Source: a virus (lineage: Duplodnaviria > Caudoviricetes). Taken from it: a stretch of DNA of 64,000 nt. Location of the stretch: the IMG/VR virus record IMGVR_UViG_3300044719_000253, positions 32,001 to 96,000 of that record; one strand, 5' to 3'. The notes below the pieces were generated by a model. That model had not been told where the DNA came from. It made no database searches and was given only the letters and a program-made list of their open reading frames with translations. Numbering within the stretch: the stretch's first letter is position 1; each line of letters opens with the position of its first letter. Positions 16,413 to 24,150 of the stretch are shown piece by piece. A program made the position numbers and the translations under genes.

Positions 16413-16840
16413 TTTGGATCTTCGGCGGGTTGGAGTTGATCGCGGTATTTGGGTTTCTGGGATTGCTTGTAGCGAATCTTGTCCAGGTTCTCCCAGCAGA
16501 ACTGCAAGTCATCGATTGCAGCTTTGCCCAGATCGATCTTGTGCAGATTGCACAGCGTGGCCAGACAGTTCAAGGTACCCGCGGCTTCTTGAGCCGACTC
16601 ACCCTTTTCCCGTCCGTAGACGTAACCCAGCATGAACATGACTTCGTCTTTGGTCATACCGACGGCCTGCATCAACTCGAAGGCTTCTTCAGCGAACCGC
16701 AACCGGGCTTCTTGTGGATCATTGATGACATTCTGCGGATAGCATTGATTCATCCAGTAAGCCCATTGTACTTGAAACAATTGCATGGACTCAACAAAAG
16801 CGGCTTGATCGAACGGGACTGGATAACTGTTGAGAATCAT
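16409..16840 (-). CDS. MazG-like (all-alpha NTP-PPase) nucleotide pyrophosphohydrolase
   Basis: RFAEEAFELMQ ... GESAQEAAG..LATLC pattern of acidic helix pairs; lies next to tmk. Confidence 0.6.
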   Translation of the reverse strand: MILNSYPVPFDQAAFVESMQLFQVQWAYWMNQCYPQNVINDPQEARLRFAEEAFELMQAVGMTKDEVMFMLGYVYGREKGESAQEAAGTLNCLATLCNLHKIDLGKAAIDDLQFCWENLDKIRYKQSQKPKYRDQLQPAEDPK

Positions 16841-16851
16841 TACGCGTTTCC

Positions 16852-17508
16852 TTAGTTCAGATTTTCGAAGTTGGCATTGGCCCAGGCACGTACGCTGTCC
16901 GCCACAACGTCCGGTTCGGGCAACGCGTTGATGCGGTGTATTTCACGATAAGGTTCGTCATCGGCCATGTTGAAATTATTGACGAGCCGATCCTGGTAAC
17001 AATCATACACCTTGCGTCGGAACGTTTCTTCTTCTTGATCGAAGCGATCTTGTTTCTCGCTGCGTAGTTTCAAACGCCGCGTGGATTCTTCAAACGGGAT
17101 ATCGAAAAACAATGTGATGTGCGGCATACGACCACCGTACACATATTTGCCGAGATTTTGCAATTCCAGATTCATACCACGACCGTAGCCTTGGTAGGCC
17201 CAGGTCGAATCGTGGAACCTGTCACACAGCACAATGTATCCCTGTTCGAGGTGCGGAAGGATTTTCTTTTGCATGTGTTCGTTACGGGAGGCGAGAAACA
17301 ACATCAGCTCCGTAACTGGGTCCATCTTTTCATGCAACAGAATATCGCGAATCTTTTCACCCACGACGTTCCCGCCTGGCTCACGCGTGGTCAAGACCTT
17401 GTAACCACGTGAGCGCAGATGCTCAGCCAGGATCGCGACGTTAGTGGTCTTCCCGCTGCCGTCCACGCCCTCGATCGAGATAAACATGCCTTTCTTTTTA
17501 GAATTCAT
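16852..17508 (-). CDS. tmk: thymidylate kinase
   Basis: FISIEGVDGSGKTT, TREPGG, ELMLFLASR, VLCDRFHDSTWAYQG, DRFD. Start trimmed to MNSKKK. Confidence 0.95.
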   Translation of the reverse strand: MNSKKKGMFISIEGVDGSGKTTNVAILAEHLRSRGYKVLTTREPGGNVVGEKIRDILLHEKMDPVTELMLFLASRNEHMQKKILPHLEQGYIVLCDRFHDSTWAYQGYGRGMNLELQNLGKYVYGGRMPHITLFFDIPFEESTRRLKLRSEKQDRFDQEEETFRRKVYDCYQDRLVNNFNMADDEPYREIHRINALPEPDVVADSVRAWANANFENLN

Positions 17509-18454
17509 ATTTCGGTTCCGGAAAATTGTTAACGACGAGTGAGAGTGCGGTTTTCTTCGGCTCGGGGGCGGGGTTCGTGACACGATCCAGTTCTTGTCGC
17601 ACCAGCTGGTAAACTTCTTCGGTAAACGGTGTATACATGATCCAAGTCAACGGTACCGACACGCGTAGGTTTCGCACCGCGATGGTCAAGGCCACGTGGA
17701 AGTAATACTCCACCAGCGGTTCGTTCATCGGAATTCGCAGTTGTGTCAGCGACCCATACACCACCCCGCGCAGCGAGGGTAACAGTTCATGCTGGGTAAT
17801 ACGAAACAGCAGCAACTCTTCCAGATGTGCTTCGCATTTGTGATAGAACTTCACCGCGTCTTGCACGTCAGGATGTGGAGGATCGCTGTTCTCGTAGGCC
17901 ATGGTGATGGTCTTGCTGGTGTTCTCGAAAAAGACCGGTTCAGCCCGCAGCCATTCATCGAACGTCAACCGTTCGCTAGAAGTATTGAAATGGCGCGCAC
18001 AATACTGTCGAGTCAACTCGTCAAGCAATACCATCTCGGCCGGAATCAGATAACCGAAATAGGCAGAGCCAATCGTGAGACCGCGGCGGTGATCGGCGAG
18101 ATAGGCTTCACGCTGTTGCGGGTCGGTGATCTGGCACCACTCAGGATTAACCTTCGCGATCCAGGCCCGCTCGTTGATCGGTAACGGAAACAAGGATTGG
18201 GCGACAATTGGCGGGATCATCACCGCCACGGTTTTATGGTAAGTCTGGTTGTAGGTTTGAAACACTTCAGCATTTACTCGCACCCAACCATTGTTACGGT
18301 GCCGATACAGCACCGGCCGATTGGCATTCGGATCAGGATAAGTGATGGTCGGGGTAGTATTGCGGGATGGTTTTAACCACGACCAGGTCACCCATACCAA
18401 CCCCACTAAGGCGGTGAAGGGTAGTATCCAGAAATAGAAGACGTATTGGAACAT
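17498..18454 (-). CDS. N-terminally membrane-anchored hypothetical protein
   Basis: Hydrophobic first 25 aa; 318 aa. Confidence 0.75.
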   Translation of the reverse strand: MFQYVFYFWILPFTALVGLVWVTWSWLKPSRNTTPTITYPDPNANRPVLYRHRNNGWVRVNAEVFQTYNQTYHKTVAVMIPPIVAQSLFPLPINERAWIAKVNPEWCQITDPQQREAYLADHRRGLTIGSAYFGYLIPAEMVLLDELTRQYCARHFNTSSERLTFDEWLRAEPVFFENTSKTITMAYENSDPPHPDVQDAVKFYHKCEAHLEELLLFRITQHELLPSLRGVVYGSLTQLRIPMNEPLVEYYFHVALTIAVRNLRVSVPLTWIMYTPFTEEVYQLVRQELDRVTNPAPEPKKTALSLVVNNFPEPKYEF

Positions 18455-18486
18455 GGCTGTCCAAACAAAAAAGAAAAGAAAGTAAA

Positions 18487-18509
18487 CCCCTCGCTCACTG
18501 AGCGAGGGG
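18487..18509 (-). terminator. intrinsic terminator
   Basis: CCCCTCGCTCA-C-TGAGCGAGGGG with a T-rich tail on the minus strand (TTTACTTTCTTTTC). Confidence 0.75.
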
Positions 18510-18517
18510 CTATGCCG

Positions 18518-18871
18518 TCACAAGGGTTGCTTGAGTAACAGATCGAACGTGGGCAATTCGTACACCTGACGCAAGGTCGAACCAACGATATCGATCCGTG
18601 CAGGCGTACAAATCGCCGTACGTTTCGGTAACGTCTTATCGAGCAACATGATCTGCTTGGCGACTGAATCGGCGAGTTGCTTCGGGTTCTGCGCCAGCAA
18701 CTCGACATCGTCCACCAGAAAGTCACGCCGCTGCAACCCAAACCCGTCGACGTTGAACCAGACACTACCGTGGCGCTGGGTCACGGGTAAGTCAGGATTC
18801 AACGCCACCCGGATCGGCGCCCGGAGCGCTTGGCGCAGCGGATCTTGCGCTTTACGCTTTAGGAACTGCAT
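18518..18871 (-). CDS. hypothetical protein
   Basis: 117 aa, overlaps the upstream gene end. Confidence 0.6.
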   Translation of the reverse strand: MQFLKRKAQDPLRQALRAPIRVALNPDLPVTQRHGSVWFNVDGFGLQRRDFLVDDVELLAQNPKQLADSVAKQIMLLDKTLPKRTAICTPARIDIVGSTLRQVYELPTFDLLLKQPL

Positions 18872-19262
18872 GGTTCTCTGCCGGACGACGCAGGGTACGC
18901 GAGACCGGTGTCCGGTTCTGGGATTGGTCCCACGGACGCGGGGTCAGCACCGGCTTCGGTTCGTCTTCTTTCGGACGCAGCACCGGTGCCGGTTGCACCG
19001 CCAACACCGTGGCGTAGCTGCGCAAGCTGTGAACGATATAACCCTGGCGTTCAGCTTGATCCCAGACATGGGCCAAGACTTCCGGCGTCAGTTTGGGTGG
19101 ATCGATGCTGGCAAACGCGAAGCGCACCGGTTCGTTCTTCAGGCCGAGTTGGACGTTGTCGGCGAAGATGCTGCCGTGCAGCGGACGGATGTTGGAATCT
19201 TTGTGGAACAGCACCTTGTCGGTGATGGTGGTCTTGGGTTTCTTTTTGCCGAATTGGAACAT
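18852..19262 (-). CDS. hypothetical protein
   Basis: 136 aa, TAAGGA SD. Confidence 0.65.
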   Translation of the reverse strand: MFQFGKKKPKTTITDKVLFHKDSNIRPLHGSIFADNVQLGLKNEPVRFAFASIDPPKLTPEVLAHVWDQAERQGYIVHSLRSYATVLAVQPAPVLRPKEDEPKPVLTPRPWDQSQNRTPVSRTLRRPAENHAVPKA

Positions 19263-19292
19263 GATGGGGTTTCCTTAAAATGATGTTATTGG

Positions 19293-19682
19293 TTATGCAG
19301 ACTGCGGTTCGAATACCGCGATCTGTTTGACGATAACGTTTTCCGCTTTGGGTTTGGCGATAAAGCGACGAACGATATGGGGTTGTTGCAAGCCATTATA
19401 AATGGCCGTGTGGTAATCAGGCGTGACAAAGTCGACAGCGCCAAACGGGAGCAAATCGAAGATCTCTTTACTAACCACGTACGGCCCACCTTTCGGATCA
19501 TCTTCCCACTGCGGGAAGATGACTTGGCGATAAGGTTGTCGGATGATATCCAGACTTCCGAGATGGCCGATCAGATTCTCTTCAATAACTTCTACGACCG
19601 GAGGATGCTCGCACGGTAACAACGTCGCACGTGTGCCGTCAGACCGGATGAAAACAATCGTTTCTCGTGTTAAGTTCTTCAT
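19293..19682 (-). CDS. hypothetical phage protein
   Basis: 129 aa; NLT..I...YVVS...DFVTP pattern; TAACCAACAAC leader. Confidence 0.7.
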   Translation of the reverse strand: MKNLTRETIVFIRSDGTRATLLPCEHPPVVEVIEENLIGHLGSLDIIRQPYRQVIFPQWEDDPKGGPYVVSKEIFDLLPFGAVDFVTPDYHTAIYNGLQQPHIVRRFIAKPKAENVIVKQIAVFEPQSA

Positions 19683-19755
19683 GGTTGTTGTTGGTTATCG
19701 AAGTGTTATAGGGTCTATAGAGGATACGTTGCTGGTAAATTTCTTACCGGTAAGA

Positions 19756-19950
19756 CTACTTACTTGATTTCGACTCAGCCATCTTCATTCCGACCAGACG
19801 GTTCAGAGTTTCGGCTGCTTGGCTGGCGAACTTGGCGGCGCTCTTGAGTTCTTGCAAGTCGGGTGATTCTTTTTCGAGGTTGTCGGTGATGCTGCTGGCT
19901 TGACGCAAGCTTTCTTTAGCTTGCAAGACATTACGGCGGATAACACTCAT
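19756..19950 (-). CDS. small helical hypothetical protein
   Basis: 64 aa, AAGGAG SD. Confidence 0.7.
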   Translation of the reverse strand: MSVIRRNVLQAKESLRQASSITDNLEKESPDLQELKSAAKFASQAAETLNRLVGMKMAESKSSK

Positions 19951-20144
19951 GCTTAACTCCTTGTTGTTAGTTGTCTGTTAATATGTGCTATTCCTCGGCA
20001 CATAGTGGTTATATGTGTTTATTTTTACGTAGCGCCATTACCTTTTGAGTGAAATACTCCCTACTGGCCTCACGGCTGGTAGAGGTTTCACTTGCTACCC
20101 TTCCAACCCTCCATTCCCCTACCCACCCCTTTGCTCTCTATTAT

Positions 20145-20169
20145 AGCTAGTAGCATAATGCTACTAGCT
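20145..20169. repeat. perfect 12-bp inverted repeat in a purine/pyrimidine-skewed non-coding tract
   Basis: AGCTAGTAGCAT-A-ATGCTACTAGCT. Confidence 0.85.
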
Positions 20170-20270
20170 CACTTCCTTCTCTCCTCTCTACCATTAAGCT
20201 TCTCTGATCTCTCTGGATGTAATCTAAAAGGGATAAGAGAAGAGAGTCCGTCAGAGACTCTCCTGCTCAA

Positions 20271-20852
20271 TTATTCGACAATAGGGAAGAATGCTTTAAC
20301 AAGCTCATGGGTGCGAGGGTCTTGAGGGCGCTTGACGCTCACCGGACATTCAAGGTGACCCAGCGGGCCGCCGCGGGTGTCTTTTTCACGCCAGACAAAT
20401 TCCAGTACACCGTCCTTAATCAGACCGTATACCATCTTTTCATTATTGGTGAGAAGGTGAGGAAGATGCCCTTTGTACAAAAAGGCGGTTGCTAATCTGG
20501 TCAGGATCTTTTGTTCCCGCGTTTTCATTTCCTGAAGTTCAACGTCCACAGGCGCAACCGCGCTGGCTTCTGCTCGTGCCATCATGGCGGTATAACGGGC
20601 ATCGGCTTCCTTGAGGGCGAGGGCTTCTTGAGCTTGGGCTTTAGCAATCGCGCGGTCAAACGCGGCGCGTAAGTCGTCCGGGTAGATATTATCGACGAAC
20701 AGGGTGCGGATCTCTTTGAGCTGGGCGCTGGAGACTTCCGGCAGGTAATCCAGGGCGGTGAAGCTCTCGGCGCCATCGATATAAATACACCAGCCGAACA
20801 GCGGGTTGAGATTGGCGTAGACTTGGTTATTCACACCGTAGTAAATATGCAT
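20271..20852 (-). CDS. hypothetical protein (probably early)
   Basis: 193 aa, AAAGGA SD, directly downstream of TATATCAC. Confidence 0.75.
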   Translation of the reverse strand: MHIYYGVNNQVYANLNPLFGWCIYIDGAESFTALDYLPEVSSAQLKEIRTLFVDNIYPDDLRAAFDRAIAKAQAQEALALKEADARYTAMMARAEASAVAPVDVELQEMKTREQKILTRLATAFLYKGHLPHLLTNNEKMVYGLIKDGVLEFVWREKDTRGGPLGHLECPVSVKRPQDPRTHELVKAFFPIVE

Positions 20853-20896
20853 GATTGTCCTTTGTATTGTTGGTTATCCTGGTAATCCTCGCTGTA

Positions 20897-20904
20897 GTGA
20901 TATA
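20897..20904 (-). promoter_or_regulatory. candidate early promoter TATATCAC
   Basis: Exact repeat of the 11930 motif, TTTT upstream, behind a hairpin. Confidence 0.6.
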
Positions 20905-20935
20905 GGCGTTAAAATCTTTAGTACGACATCATAAT

Positions 20936-20961
20936 CTCCCCTACCCCGGAGGGTAGGGGAG
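20936..20961. terminator. GC-rich hairpin ending the tail gene cluster
   Basis: CTCCCCTACCC-CGGA-GGGTAGGGGAG. Confidence 0.7.
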
Positions 20962-20974
20962 CTATGTCATTCAG

Positions 20975-23900
20975 TTACCACGACCGAGGCATTTTGAAAA
21001 CACCTCGGTAATTGATCACCTTGAATGAGTTACTGGTGACAGTAACAGCTGGTTGGTTATTCGCCGTACCGACAGCGCGCACCACGAAAGCACCGCTCAG
21101 GCCGGTGAACTGCGCCGACCAGCGCTTGCCCACGATGTTGGCGGTCCACGGACCCAGCGATGCTTTGGTCGAATCCGCGAAGTCCACATACACCTTGATC
21201 GAGCAGTTCGGATCACCTTGGGTATCGACCGTACCACCGATGTTGAAAGTGTTGTTGTCGAAACCACTACGGTTATCGAACGTGATCACCGGAGCATTGC
21301 CTTGCGAGGGCGAAGCTTCTGCTGCGATGATCGCCCCCGAGACCGGAATGATGCTAATGGCTTCACCACCCGACTGCGTACGGTTGTAACCACTGGGGTT
21401 GGTCAACGTCACCAACGGGGTTTGATAATTCCCCGGTGGCACGTTATCCCACTGTACGCTAAATGCACCCGCGGACAACACCACGGGGGTCGGCCCTTGT
21501 TGCACCGCGCCATTCGGGTTGTTTGCATCCGGGAACAACGTTGCCACACCCGAGGTCGGGGTGTAACGCGTGGTACCCGTGATCACAATCCGCTGGCAGT
21601 TCACGTCTTGCCCCGAGATGGTCACCACCGGCAGCACGTTCACGACCGTACCTTGGATAGCACCCACGTCCGGTGTACCACCACGACCAACACTGTACAG
21701 GTCGAGCATGTCGATCGCCGTATCCGACGCATGACCGATCAACGCACCCGCATCGTCCGGGCGGAAGTCATTGGTGGTGTTGCGCACCAAGTTCGTCCCC
21801 GAACCAGCCAGCACCGTCGTAAACCCGGTACTCGCCACCGCCATGGCATTGTCCGTATAGTTGTTATATACGTTAGCTGGGGCGATGAGGTTCAGGTTAT
21901 TGACTGGTGTGTTCCCGGCGTTGATGAATGCGTTATTGGCGATGATGCTGCCCATCGACGGTGTTTGATTCGGACCGTATGTGATCGGGAAACCCGACGC
22001 GCTACCGCGACGCACAAACGTGTTACGTTTGAACAGAGCCGTGGCCAACTGGCCACTCAAGCCATTGCTGGAGCTACCATCTTCCAGAATGAACAAGCAG
22101 TCCGTTACCGTACCCGTGCCGTTGTACTGCCCCGTGTAAATTGCGGTGGGGGCCGTGCCAGCGGCTTTCACACGATTACGCCGGAACGTCGTGATCATCG
22201 CCGTGCTGCCAGAACCCATGGCGATGCAACCCGACGATCCGGTGATATTGAACTTGAAATCTTGCAACACCGTACCTGCACTTACTAGCCATTGGTTGGT
22301 GATCGTGAGTTCGATACCTTCGGTACCATAGTCGGTCGGGTAACCTTTATCCAGGTAATTGGCGCTCGTACCAGGCACCGGTTGCAGCGTGACATTGAAC
22401 TGCGTGGTCGGGTTCTTCGCAGTAAACGAAGATTGCGCTGACACAGTTGAGCTCTCGTACACTTCACCCAGCAGCGATTGCTGATTTGCGGTCAAATCAA
22501 ACGTGGCTGCAAAATCGGTAAACGCTTTGATCGTTGCGAAGTCTTTACCGGTACCGATCGATTTCACCACCAGGGTCGGGGTGCTCGGGGTCGGATTGGG
22601 TACGATCGGCGGTTTTTCCGTAATCGACACCGAGTTGTTGGCCAGACTCGAATCGTTGGTGGTGGTGATGGTCTTCACCCCAGCCGATGCACCCGTATAG
22701 GTGAAGTTGGCCGACGGAGTGTTACTATCGAGCATGACGAACACCGGCGTGAACGTACCACCGTCACCATTGTCATTCGGGATCACCTTCACCGCCGATG
22801 CCACGTAACCGTCCAGCGCCACCGTGAAGTTCGTGCTTTGTACCCCGGCACGGGCCAAACTCGGACCGGTTAACGTGACGTGCGTAGCCGGCAACACCGA
22901 GTTATACGTGACCGCGGACGGGTTGGTCAGCGAGCCGTTGTTACTGATACTGATGCTGATGTTACCGGTCTGCGACGGCGTATAGGTGAATGTCACCGAG
23001 GGGCTCACGCCCGTCATCGTGAACGACGATGGGGTGAAGGTACCCCCCTTACCGCCGTCACTCGGCGTCACCGTCACCGACCCGCTGACTTGACCATTGG
23101 CCGACACCGTGAAGTTGGTCGAGGCTTGATTGACCTGACCCAGTGTCGGACCCGTCATCGCCAACGCGGTGGCGGGGACGATCGACGCATACGCACCGAT
23201 GTCCCACGAAGCCTGACGAGTGGTACCGATAATGTCAGTCACCTGGTAAGTGGCCTGCAGATTGATACCCTTCGCGATCAGATCACTGCCGGTTTTCAGA
23301 CGGAAGTCACTGGTCGTGCTGACGAACTGATTCGCGTACACCAGGTTCAGCAGGTTATGCGACGCCGCCGTACCACCCGGTGCTTGACTCCAGTCCGAAG
23401 CGTTGTAGTCCGACGCACTGAAGTTGTTCGGCACCATGTCGTTGTTTGCAAAACCGAACAACGCGCAGTTTTTCACTACGTTGGTATTGTAGTTAAGATA
23501 GATCGCTTGCGATTTTTCGCTTGCGCCCAGCGAGAACTGCGATGGTTTGGCGATCGTGCAGTTAATCAAGGTGGCGCCCGTGACTTTCACGCCCGAGCAG
23601 GCACCCGACTGCGTGCACAACACCAAGCAGTCCTGCATCGTGGCACCGCCCGCGACGTTGACCAGACCGTACGAGGGGGCGTTCGGGCCATAACCGGCGA
23701 AGATACAGTTCTTGACCATCACACCGGTCGCATTCGCCGTGATCGCAGTCGAACTGGTACCCGTGGCGTTGACCTGAAAACCATCGATCACCGTGTACGG
23801 TACTGTACAGTTAATCGCGGTGGCGCTGTTGGTGGTGGTATGAATCGCCACGCCATTCGCCTGGTTATACCACAGCGCGTTATTAGCGCGGTTGGGATTG

Positions 23901-24136
23901 GTACTGAATGATTGTCCCGGTCCACACATCAGCGTGATGAAGTGGGACGAGTCGGTGTTCTTGCTGGCGATATTGACTTTACCAGTAGTGTCGTTGAACT
24001 CCGAATCATTGTAAACCAAGCCCGTATAAGAAAACCCAGCCGCCACCAAGTCAGCTGGGATTGAATCGATAAACGCCTGGATCGTCGAATAATCGCGACC
24101 CGCAGCGCTACCGATAGTCTTAGTGATAGTTGCCAT
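20975..24136 (-). CDS. large tail/virion-associated protein with duplicated beta-helix modules and Ig-like domains
   Basis: Two modules starting TIGSAAGRDYSTI / SIGTGKDFATI and ending WDIGAY / PDVGAI, separated by two TGP...STNFTV Ig-like repeats; Thr/Gly/Asn-rich. Confidence 0.7.
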   Translation of the reverse strand: MATITKTIGSAAGRDYSTIQAFIDSIPADLVAAGFSYTGLVYNDSEFNDTTGKVNIASKNTDSSHFITLMCGPGQSFSTNPNRANNALWYNQANGVAIHTTTNSATAINCTVPYTVIDGFQVNATGTSSTAITANATGVMVKNCIFAGYGPNAPSYGLVNVAGGATMQDCLVLCTQSGACSGVKVTGATLINCTIAKPSQFSLGASEKSQAIYLNYNTNVVKNCALFGFANNDMVPNNFSASDYNASDWSQAPGGTAASHNLLNLVYANQFVSTTSDFRLKTGSDLIAKGINLQATYQVTDIIGTTRQASWDIGAYASIVPATALAMTGPTLGQVNQASTNFTVSANGQVSGSVTVTPSDGGKGGTFTPSSFTMTGVSPSVTFTYTPSQTGNISISISNNGSLTNPSAVTYNSVLPATHVTLTGPSLARAGVQSTNFTVALDGYVASAVKVIPNDNGDGGTFTPVFVMLDSNTPSANFTYTGASAGVKTITTTNDSSLANNSVSITEKPPIVPNPTPSTPTLVVKSIGTGKDFATIKAFTDFAATFDLTANQQSLLGEVYESSTVSAQSSFTAKNPTTQFNVTLQPVPGTSANYLDKGYPTDYGTEGIELTITNQWLVSAGTVLQDFKFNITGSSGCIAMGSGSTAMITTFRRNRVKAAGTAPTAIYTGQYNGTGTVTDCLFILEDGSSSNGLSGQLATALFKRNTFVRRGSASGFPITYGPNQTPSMGSIIANNAFINAGNTPVNNLNLIAPANVYNNYTDNAMAVASTGFTTVLAGSGTNLVRNTTNDFRPDDAGALIGHASDTAIDMLDLYSVGRGGTPDVGAIQGTVVNVLPVVTISGQDVNCQRIVITGTTRYTPTSGVATLFPDANNPNGAVQQGPTPVVLSAGAFSVQWDNVPPGNYQTPLVTLTNPSGYNRTQSGGEAISIIPVSGAIIAAEASPSQGNAPVITFDNRSGFDNNTFNIGGTVDTQGDPNCSIKVYVDFADSTKASLGPWTANIVGKRWSAQFTGLSGAFVVRAVGTANNQPAVTVTSNSFKVINYRGVFKMPRSW

Positions 24137-24150
24137 GTTTCTTTAACCCT

